From positions 62,001 to 126,000 of the forward strand of contig JAPMXV010000070.1 of assembly GCA_026936335.1 (NCBI GenBank): a stretch of 64,000 bases of DNA. Reading direction: 5' to 3'. Both the position numbers and the translations under genes were made by a program. This DNA comes from Mantamonas sphyraenae STR306. Its lineage: Eukaryota > Protista > CRuMs. The notes under the pieces were generated by a model. That model worked only from the letters and a program-made list of their open reading frames with translations. It searched no databases and was not told where the DNA came from. Positions 18,696 through 29,912 of this stretch are shown here, in pieces. How positions within the stretch are numbered: the first letter of the stretch is position 1; each line of letters begins with the position of its first letter.

Positions 18696-20603
18696 ATGAG
18701 TGAGGACGAGGAGAATCTGTTTTCGGCAGAGGCAATGAAGCAAACGGCAGTGGAACAGCTGAAGGAGATTGGAGAGCTGCTGGACGGGGCAGTGGTGTTT
18801 GCGGACGAGGGCTGCGGGCTGATGCTTGCGGGCAACGTGGGGCTGGATGTGCTGATGCGGGAGTTTGGAGTGCGTGGTGTGCTGTCGCTGCCGGGCCATG
18901 GACACAGCCACAGGCGGGAGGAGGAGGAGGAGAGCAGTGTGGAGGCGTTGGGACGTGTGGAGAGCGGGGAAAGCAGCGAACGGGCACGTATGGGGGACAA
19001 GGCAGTGGTGTTTGTGAGTGGGCAACTGCCAGAGTACGAGCGCAGCTTGCGGCGGCTGTTTGAGCGGTATGCCATGCGCGAGTGTGTTGTGCTGTGCTCA
19101 CTGCAAGAGGGCGGGCATTCGCAGAACGCACGCTGGGTGGCAAAGCAGGAAGGAGACTCACGGGTGTTTGCGTGGTATGAAAGCAAGCTGACGTTGTGGC
19201 TGAAGGATTGCCGTGTGTTGAAGGCGCGGTCGTCGTCGTCGTCGTCGTCGTCCAAGAGCGGCGACGAGGACGGGGAGGAGGAGGCGGGGGCCGGGGTGGT
19301 TGTGGTGCAGCACTTTCCGATGCTGTACGCAGTGTACGAGGACAACGTGGTGCTTCTGCCTGGGTGCCGAGGGGCGCAGCCGTATGTGCGTGGGTGCTAC
19401 AGCGAGGCAGACGTCGGGGAGGCACGTTCGTCGCCGCACTACAACTGCAGCCCCGAGTGGAAGCTGGACAGGCTGCAGGCAGACGACCCGCAGTGGGGTG
19501 CGTTGCATGTGCTGATGCACTCTCTTTTGGCGCTGATGGAGGTGTTGGGATGTCAGGAGCAGCTGTACGCGCTCGGGGCGACGTCGGCACAGGTTGCACG
19601 AGGGATGGCCGGCGCGGGCCACCCGCTGGACGAGCTGTGGGGCGAGAACGAAAAGGTGTCGCTGGTGCTGGTGGATCGCAGTGTGGACATGGTGAGTGTG
19701 TGCATGCACGCAGACAGCACGGCAGCCAAGGTGCACGCCATGGACGGAAAGGGAAGCGGGGGCCCGATTCGAGCGGTGCAACTGGATCAGAACTCGAAGA
19801 ACGCGCTGCGGAGTCTGAAAAAGGCGGCCAAGAGCGCAGCGAGCAGCCACAACCTGGAGTGCAAGGATGCCAAGAGCCTGGAGGCGCTGGTGGGGCTGCT
19901 GGACGAGGCGGATGTGGAAGGAGAGCTTGTGGACGTGTGCAGAGCGGCGCTGGAGGCAGAGAAGCAGGCGACGGAGGCGCAGTGGGATGAAATGGCGTCG
20001 ATGGAAAAGGTGTTGATGCTTGTGGCAGCCGACAGAAGCCAGGGGACGACAGGCACGATGCTGCACGAGCTGCTGAGTGTGCTGCGGACGCCGGTGAGCG
20101 TGGAACAGATGCTGCGGATGTGTGCGCTGATCTACTCGCTGCTGGGAATCGACACACTGGAGGCCGAGGAGGAACTGATGCTTTGCGACACACTGTGCCA
20201 CGAGAGTGGGGCAAACGAGCAGGAGGTGGCCGAGATCTTTGGGCGGCTGCGCAGCCTGTCGCTTGTGCGGGAACACTTTACGGAGCTTCGGACGCTTCTG
20301 ACGGAGAATGCAACGTACGAGAGTCTGCTGGGCCGGCTGGCTGACCTGGTGTTTGACGGGGAGCCAGTGCCGGACTTGCAACGGATCGGAGGGAAGGAGG
20401 CCGAGGGAGGAATGATGTTTGGTGGGTGGGGTGGCGGCGGGGACAAGAGAAACGTGGGCGACTGCGACGTGGTGATTGTGGTTGTGGTGGGCGGCATTGC
20501 CGTGTCCGAGGTGAACGCATTGAGGAAAGCTGGCGGGCACCGAGTCCTGGTGGTTTCAGACAAGATTGTCGGGGATGGAGGGGTTGGGATTTGGGGTGGA
20601 TAG
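18696..20603 (+). CDS. Sec1/Munc18-family protein, SCFD2-like
   Basis: AVVFAD, KAVVFVS, SLVLVDRSVDM and the C-terminal VVVVGGI.VSEV are SM-family features; the N-terminus resembles SCFD2. Confidence 0.7.
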   Translation: MSEDEENLFSAEAMKQTAVEQLKEIGELLDGAVVFADEGCGLMLAGNVGLDVLMREFGVRGVLSLPGHGHSHRREEEEESSVEALGRVESGESSERARMGDKAVVFVSGQLPEYERSLRRLFERYAMRECVVLCSLQEGGHSQNARWVAKQEGDSRVFAWYESKLTLWLKDCRVLKARSSSSSSSSKSGDEDGEEEAGAGVVVVQHFPMLYAVYEDNVVLLPGCRGAQPYVRGCYSEADVGEARSSPHYNCSPEWKLDRLQADDPQWGALHVLMHSLLALMEVLGCQEQLYALGATSAQVARGMAGAGHPLDELWGENEKVSLVLVDRSVDMVSVCMHADSTAAKVHAMDGKGSGGPIRAVQLDQNSKNALRSLKKAAKSAASSHNLECKDAKSLEALVGLLDEADVEGELVDVCRAALEAEKQATEAQWDEMASMEKVLMLVAADRSQGTTGTMLHELLSVLRTPVSVEQMLRMCALIYSLLGIDTLEAEEELMLCDTLCHESGANEQEVAEIFGRLRSLSLVREHFTELRTLLTENATYESLLGRLADLVFDGEPVPDLQRIGGKEAEGGMMFGGWGGGGDKRNVGDCDVVIVVVVGGIAVSEVNALRKAGGHRVLVVSDKIVGDGGVGIWGG

Positions 20604-21032
20604 GGAGGAGGGGAGATTGGTGTTTGTGTATATTGGATGTGGGGTGGGAGAGTAGGTGGGGAGAAGGGGGAGGAGGGGAGGGGGGGGGGGGAACGGGATG
20701 CATGTTGGGAGTGGAAAAATGGGCAGGGGGGTATGGAATGGAGATGGAATGTGCGAGAATTCGGTGCTGAAACAGTCACTGGGCCCATGTGGACCCTGCG
20801 CTCCAGTGTTTTACATCCCGCATGCGCGTTGTGCGCTTGTTCTGGCCAAACATGCACCACACACGCCGCTGCCGTCCCCCCTTGCTCCATTGAGCATTCA
20901 TGAAGCCGACAGGCTGGCCACGAGGGCCAGGTCTACTCTCCAACCCAGGAGGATGATGGGGGGCATGTTTGGGATGGCAAACGGCGACGGGTCTGACGGG
21001 CTGGGTGAAGCGGCGGGGCGAGAAGCAGGGCA

Positions 21033-22959
21033 ATGGATCGCAAGCTGTGAGTTCTCGAGCGCTTGGACGAGTGGAGGAGAGGCGGTGGGGGTGGGGGTTG
21101 GGGGGAAGGGGGGGGGAAGATGACACATGTGACTGACGCAGATACACAGGAAAATCAAGGTGACGTATGGAGGGGAAAAGAGGGGCCGGGAGGAGCCTGT
21201 GGTGATGGCGCCGGTGGACTTTGAGCCGCTGGTGGCGCAGGTTGTGGTTCGGCGGGACGCCGAAGGGCGGATTGTGGAGCCGGGGAACAAACGACAGCGT
21301 GTGGAAGGGAACAGCGTGGGGATTATAGGAAAGAGAGGGCGGCGGAACAAGGTGGAGGAGGAGGAGGAGAGCTCGGAAGGAGATGGAGGCGGGTTGGGGG
21401 AAGACGAGGCATCTGCGGCTCGACAGGTGTCTGGGATGGGCACGCGGTTGGCAAGTGTGGGCCAACACAGGCGGACAAGGAGAGCGGAGCACGGAGTGGC
21501 CAGTGGGGCGGGCGGCGGAGGAGGGCTGGTGGAACTGAAAAGGCCGCGACGGACAACGGTGCGGTCGAAAGCGTTTGGACACATGAGGGACATGCGTGGA
21601 GAGGCGGCACAGTGGTCGTTGCGGCAATGGTGCCTGTGGACGATTGCGGAGCACTGGAAGGGCAAGTTCAGGGTGGAGTTTGCCAAACGACATCATCGGG
21701 GCGGGGGAGGCCCAGTGCTGAGCGACGTGGACCTGAACACTCTGGCATGGATGCTGGGACAGGTGGCTGGAGTGCGTTTGGTGTCTGTGCGCGAGTTGAA
21801 CAACCTGCTGCACGAGGGGCGTACGTACGTGTCGTTTGCGGCGGGGCACTTTGGCAAGATGGAGCTGACGTGCGTGCGGCTGGCGCTGAACACGTGCACG
21901 AGGCTGACGAGCATCAACCTGCACGGGGTGCACAGTGTGGACGCCGAAGTGGTGGAGACGATGGTGCGTGTGTGTGTGGGGTTGCGACACATCAGCCTGC
22001 ACGGGTGCTATCGGGTGGCAGATCCGTCGATCCACCACCTGCTGACTCAACTCGGGGAGCAGTTGGAGGCGTTGGATGTGTCACACATGCCCAATGTAAG
22101 CGACACGTCGTGCCAGCTGCTGGGCAAGAGCAAACGGCTGCAGATGCTGTGCGCGGCCAACACGCCTGTGGGGGCAGGCACGCTGCATGCGATGCTGGAG
22201 GAGCAAGAGGACCTTGCACTGCACACGCTGGACCTGTCGCACAACCGAGACATCACAGACACGCTGTTGATGCTGGTGGGGACGCGCACGGGCGGGCTGA
22301 AGCGTGTGGATCTGCGCGGGGCGAGCGCACACGTGCTGACGCAACGTGCGGTGAGGCCACTGCTGGAGTCTGGGAAGCTGGAGGAGCTGCACATTGGGCC
22401 GGTGCTGAAGCGGGACGTGGAAAAGAGTCTGGAGACGCTGTTTGGGGACGGAAGCCTGGAGGGTCTCGGGGAGGCGCAGGTGGGGAGGATGCGCGTGCTG
22501 GAGCTGCACTGCTGCGACACCATCACGGATGCGGCAATGGGAGTGGTGGCAAGCGGGATGAAGCGGCTGGAGAAGTTGAGTGTGAACGGGTGTGTGCACG
22601 TGTCCCGGCGCGGGGTGGGTGCGTTGGCCAAGGGCGGGCTGGGGCGGCTGCACACAGTGGATGTGTCGTGGACTGGGATCAACCTGCGTGTGGCAAAGGC
22701 ATTGATGGAGTCGCTGCGTGGTCTACGGGTGGTGGAGGTGTGGGGTTGCTTGCAGGACGAGTGGGCCGAGTTTGCGAGGTATGTGCGACGGGATGGGCCG
22801 CAGGGGGTGTGTGTGTTGGGCGGGACAGGAACACAGGTGGCTGTCAAGGTGGCAGAGATGCCGAGGTATGGGGTGGATGAGTTTGATAGTGTGTTGGTGG
22901 AGGAGGGATGGTGGGGGGAGGTGGTGGGTGGTGGTGGGGGGCGGGGGGGGCGGGGGTGA
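21033..22959 (+). CDS. RNI-like leucine-rich repeat protein (FBXL/Rad7-like), one intron
   Basis: join(21033..21046, 21150..22959); intron GTGAGT..CTGAC..CAG. Cys-containing LRRs (LTSINLHG, LRHISLHGC..V.D, LEKLSVNGC) and a BC-box-like SLRQWCLWTIA. Confidence 0.75.
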
Positions 22960-23087
22960 GGTGCGCTTGGGGAACAAGAGGAATCCGGTGCAGGGGAGCG
23001 TGCCGGTGGTGAGGTGGGGTCAGGTGGAGGTGGAGTGAGCCGAGGGGGGGGGGGAGAGAGAGAGGTGGGTACTGTGTCCATTGCCAA

Positions 23088-26000
23088 TCACCGCAACGCC
23101 ATGTAGGTCGTTTCACCAGCCAGGGACATGTCTTCGCCGTCGCCTGCAACCGATGGGTCGGCACTCCTTGCGCCTGCAGTCCTGCCAAGGTATGCGCTGA
23201 GGAGCTCCTCGAGGTTGTCGTCTTCGCTCTCGTCGAGCTCTGCGAGCTGATCGTAGCGGTGCTGGTTCCCCCTGCGGATGCCTTCGACGTTGACACTGCC
23301 TCCCCTTGTGGTCCAGCTGTCGGTAGGCGCCTGCCGAGCTGCGGCCGGGCTGCGTTGCTGCTTGTCCTTGTTCAGGTACACAAGCTGAGACTCTCCCTGC
23401 ATGCTTGCAGCGAGATCCATGGAGCCTGCGCCGCTGCCGCTGGAGTAGACCATGGGACGGAAGCGCCGGCCTTCGTTGCGTCTGTCGCGTGCCGGGTAGC
23501 CCCAGGTTTCGTCGTCGTCGTTGGTGTTGCCCGTTCCGTGCTGCGTGTCTTCCACCTGCAGGATGTCGGCCAGGTCTTCAAAGGGGTCGAGGCGTTGGTA
23601 GTCCATGAGCCGCTCCTGACGCTCGACGTTTGTGCGCAGTTCGTTCTTGAGGACGTCCACCTCGGCACGCGTCTGGATGACATTGTCCGCCTGGGCTTGC
23701 AGGCGCTGCACCACCTGCTGTTGCTGCTCCAGTTGGCTCTTGAGGTTGCGTTGCTCCTCTTCCAGCTGTTGCCTGAGTTGCCTGAGTTCACTCATGGCCG
23801 TTTCTCCGCCGCCCATGCCGTGCTGCTGTTGTTGCTGCGGCGGCGGCATCTGCATCATCGGCGTCCTCCTGCCGCCGCCCTGTCCGCTGCTCCTGCGGCT
23901 GTGTGACGATCGGCCCCTCGAGTGTTGTTGGCGTTGCTGTTGCCTCCTCTCCATCTCCTCCCTCCTCTCCCTCTCTTCCCTCTCCTCCCTTTCGTCTTGC
24001 TCTCGCCTGGATCTCGCTTGACGCTCGTACCTGTCCTGCTGCTGTTGCTCCTCTGCTGCGTCGCCGCCTGTCTGTTGCTGCTCCTCCCGTTCAAACTCTC
24101 TGGCCAGTTCTGCCCGCTGGCGTGCCAGGCGTTCGTTGTCCCTTCGGTCTGCCTCTTCCTCCGCCCTTCTCTTGGCCTCCTTCTCCCTTCGCTTCTCCTC
24201 CATCTGGCGCCGCAGCTCCTCCTTGTGTGCCTCCAGTGCGTCTGCCCGCGCACGGTCCTGGTTGCTGCTGTCAAACTCGATGCCGCCGCCTGCGCTGGGC
24301 GGCCGCGCTGCCTTGGCCTTGCTGGGACTGGTCACTTCGACCATCATGCCCATGCCTGGGCCACTGCCGCCGCCGCCGCCTCCTCCTCCTCCGTGGATGG
24401 GTGCCTCCTGTTGGTCGAGGTTGGCCACACGCGTGCCAAACGGCGTAAACTCTGCAATCTGCTGCTCGTGGCGCATGTCCTCCATCTCACGCTTGGCCTT
24501 GGCAGCAGCCTCACGTTGCTTCTTCTCCATAACCTGCCGGTCCAGCTCGGCCATGTACTCCATCTTGCGCCGTTGCTGCTCACTCATCTGTGCGGCAGAC
24601 GGCCCGCCTGTCAGCTGGTTCAAGCCCGCGCCGTACTGTTTGCCCTGGCGTTGAGGGGAGGAAACCGCCGCTCCCGAGCCAAACAGATCCGTGCGTGCAT
24701 AGTGATGACCCGAGGGCAGGGCTGATCCAGGCGACTGCTGCATGCCTGCGCCGCCACGTCCATAAGCAAATGACTGCTGCTGCTGCTGCTGCTGCTGCTG
24801 TGCACCCGCCCATGCCAAATGGTCGATGTCCCGTGCATGGCTGCGTGCACTCAGCTGCTGGGCCTGGAGGGCACGTTCGTAATCGAGGCCAAACTGCGAC
24901 ACCGGCTGCGTGTACAGAGCATCCTGAGCCGCCTGTTGGTACTGCAGTTGTGCGGCGCGTGCACGTTGCATGGCAGCCTGGGCCTGAGCCTGCTGCGATT
25001 GCGGATCGTCGTGGACGCCTGCGTTGGCCATGGCCCTGCGCATGGTCAATGCCTTGGCGTTGGGAGAGGCCATCAGATTCTGGTTCTCGCCATGGAGGGA
25101 GGACAGGTCGGTGACCACCTGGCCACTGGCGTCACGCACGGGTGCCCCTGCTCCGCCGCGGCCAAACGGGTTGTAGCTTGCAATCTCCAGCTCCTTTTTC
25201 ATGTCCTCCGCCTCGCGCTGGGCCTTTTCCGCTGCCTCTCGCTGCTTCTTGGCCCGGATCTGTGCCTCCAACTCCTCTTTGTACGACTGCTGCGCTTGCT
25301 TCTTGGCCTGCGCCTCTTCTGCGTTGAAGCCGTGCAGGGAATTCAGGGCCGACATGTACGACCGCCCACTTGGCCCGTTGCCAGGCGTGGTGGGCACAAA
25401 CGATGCACTCTGCGGCCGTCCACGGTATTCGTTGGTGCCTGTGTCCTCGTTGCGAAAGCCCAGCTGGGACCGAGAGCGTCCGGAGCCCGGTTGGCGCTGG
25501 CCGTATTGCTGCTGCGGCTGCTGCTGTTGCTGTTGTTGCTGATGCTGGCGACGTGTATCCACCCGCAGGCCCCACTGGCCTCCACCTGCCCTTCCCTGCT
25601 GTTTTTGGTTCTGGCGTGTTCGGCCGTGGCGCACGCGTGGGCCGCGCGGTTGCTCGTCGTAGCCAAAGTCGCGCGCATCGACCTCGTCGTACGGCCGCGA
25701 CTCTTTGTAGCCGTCGTAGCCGCCGCCGTCGTCGTCGTCGCCCTCTTCCGGCGCATAGTAATGTACGGAGCGACGGGCAGGTGCAGGTCCTCGGCGTCGT
25801 TGCTGTGCTCGCATCTCTTGCATGTACACGTCGTCGTTGTCGTCGTCGTCCAGCTCGTCTTCAAACGGCCCGCCGTCCTCGTCGTCAAACCCTCTTGTAA
25901 CGGCTCCCGTTTGACGACCACGCCCACTGCGGTCGTACTGCGAGACACGCGGCTGCTGCACACGTGTGTTGTACCCGTCCTGTTGGCGCTCGGAATAGGC

Positions 26001-26419
26001 CTCGTCGCTCCCGCGGTAGCCGTTGGTGCGCGGTTGTTGGGATTGACCGTACCGCGGCTGCTGCTGCCGTTGCGGCTGCTGCTGCTGCTGCTGCACCTGT
26101 TGATGCTGCTGCTGCTGCCTCGGCGTCACAAGATTCTTGTAGTACGAGTCCACTTGCGAGGGCTGGCCGATCTTGGGGATTTCACTGGGTGTGGGCTGCT
26201 TCTTGCGGGCGCTGCCCACCCCCTGCTGCCGCTCCAGAAACGCGTTGTACTCGCGACGCCGCTCCTCGGCCAGCGCCTTGCGCCGGTCGTCCACCTGTTC
26301 GCTGGTTTCGTTCGGACGGCCCAGCGCACTCCCAAAGAACTGAGCGCGGGAGCGTGTGTGAGCAAGGGATGGTGGGGAAGGGCGGTGGAGAAACGGGGAT
26401 TGTTGTTCTGCCTTACCAT
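23088..26419 (-). CDS. CSPP1-like centrosome/cilium coiled-coil protein; first coding exon is the ATG only
   Basis: complement(26417..26419, 23088..26339); intron 26340-26416 GTAAGG..CAG. LAEERRREYN and Y.EEL..QI..K...YNPFGRGGAGAPVRDASG.VVTDL resemble the CSPP1/CCDC66 motif. Confidence 0.75.
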
Positions 26420-26554
26420 CAAAATGAATTGGTGCAAGAGGCGCAGATAGATCGACACAAGGTAGGGAAAGGGTGATGGGTAGGTGATGGGTAGGTGATG
26501 GGTAGGCAATGGGGGAAGTCAGTCTGGTTTGCATTTGTCCGTGTGGGATCAGAT

Positions 26555-29500
26555 TCACCAAGCTCTGCCAACCCACGCCACAATCCTCTCCATCACCTCA
26601 TCCGGCACTGTCCACCACTCACACGTCGCTTGGTACCCATCCATCCCGCCACACCCAAACATCACCTCCCGCTCCTCCATGTTCATCGCCAGCCCGGTCT
26701 CCAGCGCCTCATCCAACCCGTCGCTCCCCATCAACCAATGCACCGCCTCTCTCCACACACCACACGCCCGTGCCCCTCTCACGGCATTGCTTGACCTCTG
26801 TGCACCCAGCTCCCGTGCCACACGCACCACCTCGTCGCCCTCCTCCCCCATCCACGCCCCAATCTCCACCACCGTCCGATGCTTTGTTCCACCCCGCGTG
26901 TCAATGTCCACCCCCATCGCCACCATCTGCCGCACCCCTTCCACATTGCCCTGCGATGCCGCGGCAAAGAGCTGCGCGGCTGCATCACGATTCCGCTCCA
27001 GAATCTCATTCGACGCACTCACGCCCTCAACCACACACACCCGCCAGTTGTTCTCGTCAATCTCCACATCCCGCATCCCATCCACCCACAACTCTTCAAA
27101 CTGCGCCCACGGTCCCACCACCAAACCTTGCCGCAACACCGCCTCCACGTCGTCTGGCACCGCCACTCCTCGCAGGTCCAACACTCGCAATGGACACCCG
27201 TCTCGCATCACCTCCTCCTTCAACAAAGACAGTCCAATTCCCCCAATCAGAGCATCCTTCAGACTCAGCTCGCGCACTTGCGAAGCAAACACCCGCACCG
27301 CGTCCGCAGGCTGCACATGCACACGTCTGAGTGCCATGCACTCCACCATTCCCGGGCGCCTTTGCATGCTCTCCACCAGTTCGCTCAGGTCCAAGTTTGC
27401 ATGCCCAATGTCCAGATAGAGAACCCCAATCGGTACCGTGGCCACATCCACCCCTTTTGCTGCCATCGTCACACCTTCCATCTCCGCTCCCAGTGCCACA
27501 CCACTCACATCTGCACCTGCCTCCACTAGCGCCAATCCCACACGCTCACGAGCCTCCAGCCCTCCCACCCATCTGTTCGCCGATTTCCACAAAATGAGTA
27601 TGCCCGGATCAGCGCGGACATCCGCACAACGTGCCACCAGCTCTTCCACCACCTTTGCCATCCCTCGCTCGATCGCCTGGCCCAACAAGGATGGGTCGCT
27701 GACGTCTGCTCCTGCATCCAACAACAACAGAGCAATCTCCGATTGCTTGCGATGAATCGCTTCACCCAGCACACTGACCCCAATGCCCAGAATCACGTCA
27801 CAGGCGTTTGCACCCAGTTCCAACAGCGCACGCACAGAATCCATTTGTCCATGCACCACAGCCACTCCCAGGGCTGTGTGCCCGCGTACATCGAACCCGT
27901 GCATGGATGCACCCGCCGCACCCAGGGCACGCACACATTCGGAATGCCCAAAAGTTGCCGCTGCCATAAGCGGCGTGTGATTCCCGAGTGCATGCACGCA
28001 GTCTGGATTCGCCCCGGCCTCGAGCAACATCTGCATGCACTGCATGTGTCCTGATGCGGCCGCCTCCAGCAGAGCTGTGGAGCCGTTGTCTGTCACCTCG
28101 TTCGCATCCACTCCAGCCTCCAGAAGCATGCGCACTACTTCTGTGCTTCCATTCTTTGACCCACGCGACAGCATTGTCTCCCCGTCGTACAGGACGCTTG
28201 GATTTGCTCCCGGCAGCAGCATGCTCACAATCTCCACGTGGTCGTGGAGGACTGCTCCCCACAAAGCCGTCCATCCGTCGATTCCTGTGGCGTTCACATC
28301 AGTCCCGGCTTCAAGCAGAATGCGCACGCATTCAGTGTGACCTTCCTTCGTAGAATACGCCAGAGCATTAACCCCGTCAGAATCCTCCGCATTCACGTCC
28401 ACGCCTGCTTCCAGTAGCTGACACACACACTTGACACAGCCAGCATCTGCCGCAAACATCAATGCGGTTGCACCTTGCTCTTCTTTCTGCTCTGGATTCG
28501 CCCCTGCTGCCAGAAGCAACGCCACACTCTCGTGGCAACCAGACTTGCATGCATACATGAGCGCCGTTGTCCCTGTGTAGTCCGCCAACAGTGGGTCTGC
28601 CCCAGCTTCCAACAGCCGCTTCACCATCCCCACCTCCCCCAACTCTGCTGCCATGCCCATTCCCAGTCGTTCTTCCCGACTGCGCTGGTCGGCAGGGATC
28701 CCAGCCTGCAGCAGCTTCTCCAGACACGCTGAGGATCCTGCGGACGCCGCCGACACCATTGCATCCACCGTGTCCGCTCCAGCCTGTAACAGCAGTTCCA
28801 CCATCTCCAGGTTGTCCCTCTCCACGGCAAATTGCAAGGGTGTCTGCCCAAGGGATGTTTCCAGCGTGATGTCTGCACCGGCGTCCAGGACCAACTGCAA
28901 ACATGTCATGCTTCCAGATCTGACAGCGACAAGCACACACCCAAATGTGTGCTCCACATGTCCAGTGTCCCCTCCTGCCTCCAGCACAAGCTTCAGTGTC
29001 TTGTGCTCGCCTCGCGATGCTGCGTGATACACCGCCTTCCTCAGTGCCTCTTTCCATGTTTTTCCGGCCTTTTCCTCTTCCGTTGCTTCTCTTAGCGCAT
29101 CCTCGACCTCTTGGTGTCTCCCTTTCTCTGCTCCCTGCACCAGGCGCACGTGAGCTGGGTATGTCCTCCGCCGCCGAGCTCTGCGTGCCGCTCGTTTCTC
29201 TGCCCGCGCCTCCTTGGATAGCCGTGGCTCTTCTTCCTGCTCCTTTGCAACGACGGTTTCTGGGTGTTTGCCTGTCCTCGTCGACGCCTTCCTGCCGCCT
29301 CCGAACCGCCCTTCCTTCCGCCCCCCAGACCCTTTCGTCACCGTCAGCCACTCTGCCACGCGTTCCACACACTTGGTACTCAGATGCACATCCTCTGCAA
29401 TCAACAGTGTCATCTCCACAGCCATGTCCTCCTCGTCCCCCACCGCAAAGTGCACACTCCGTTCCCACCCCACCACACGTCGTTCCCTCTCTCGTCCGCC

Positions 29501-29893
29501 TCCATAGCACATCTCCCGCATCCACTCTCTTCCCCTCTCTCCCTCCTCCCACACCCGCCAGCCTGTTGCAAGCACTGCACTCCGCGTGTACCCGCGTTCC
29601 ACACGCGACGTATCCGCCCCAAACTGCACCAGCACCCACACACACTCGTACTGCTCCTTCTCCACCGCCTGCTCCACTGCACTCTTCCCACCCCCATCCA
29701 CAGCTTCCACATCTGCCCCATGTCCACACAGCGCCCATGCCTTGTCTGCACGCCCGCTTGAGCACGCCACCATCAACCCCGTCCTCCCCGTCTCCTCCTC
29801 CTTCTCATTCACATCCACTCCACCCTCCCTCAACGCCTCTACGACCTTGTCCACGCTGCCCCATCGTCCACACAGTGAGATCACACTCGTCAT
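26555..29893 (-). CDS. Ankyrin-repeat + LRR protein, array copy 1
   Basis: Intact ORF from MTSVISLCG; many ankyrin repeats (GxTAL..AA..G), an RNI-like LRR stretch and a conserved C-terminal domain ending TVPDEVMERIVAWV. Confidence 0.88.
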   Translation of the reverse strand: MTSVISLCGRWGSVDKVVEALREGGVDVNEKEEETGRTGLMVACSSGRADKAWALCGHGADVEAVDGGGKSAVEQAVEKEQYECVWVLVQFGADTSRVERGYTRSAVLATGWRVWEEGERGREWMREMCYGGGRERERRVVGWERSVHFAVGDEEDMAVEMTLLIAEDVHLSTKCVERVAEWLTVTKGSGGRKEGRFGGGRKASTRTGKHPETVVAKEQEEEPRLSKEARAEKRAARRARRRRTYPAHVRLVQGAEKGRHQEVEDALREATEEEKAGKTWKEALRKAVYHAASRGEHKTLKLVLEAGGDTGHVEHTFGCVLVAVRSGSMTCLQLVLDAGADITLETSLGQTPLQFAVERDNLEMVELLLQAGADTVDAMVSAASAGSSACLEKLLQAGIPADQRSREERLGMGMAAELGEVGMVKRLLEAGADPLLADYTGTTALMYACKSGCHESVALLLAAGANPEQKEEQGATALMFAADAGCVKCVCQLLEAGVDVNAEDSDGVNALAYSTKEGHTECVRILLEAGTDVNATGIDGWTALWGAVLHDHVEIVSMLLPGANPSVLYDGETMLSRGSKNGSTEVVRMLLEAGVDANEVTDNGSTALLEAAASGHMQCMQMLLEAGANPDCVHALGNHTPLMAAATFGHSECVRALGAAGASMHGFDVRGHTALGVAVVHGQMDSVRALLELGANACDVILGIGVSVLGEAIHRKQSEIALLLLDAGADVSDPSLLGQAIERGMAKVVEELVARCADVRADPGILILWKSANRWVGGLEARERVGLALVEAGADVSGVALGAEMEGVTMAAKGVDVATVPIGVLYLDIGHANLDLSELVESMQRRPGMVECMALRRVHVQPADAVRVFASQVRELSLKDALIGGIGLSLLKEEVMRDGCPLRVLDLRGVAVPDDVEAVLRQGLVVGPWAQFEELWVDGMRDVEIDENNWRVCVVEGVSASNEILERNRDAAAQLFAAASQGNVEGVRQMVAMGVDIDTRGGTKHRTVVEIGAWMGEEGDEVVRVARELGAQRSSNAVRGARACGVWREAVHWLMGSDGLDEALETGLAMNMEEREVMFGCGGMDGYQATCEWWTVPDEVMERIVAWVGRAW

Positions 29894-29912
29894 CCTCGTT
29901 CCTAGACAACCT

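Noticed and set aside
20604-21032. Small ORF or ncRNA in this larger intergenic gap
   Set aside because: No recognisable motif or convincing reading frame.
26472-26512. 11-bp tandem repeat GGTGATGGGTA as a telomere-like seed
   Set aside because: Only about three copies and not a recognised telomere unit; most likely slippage.
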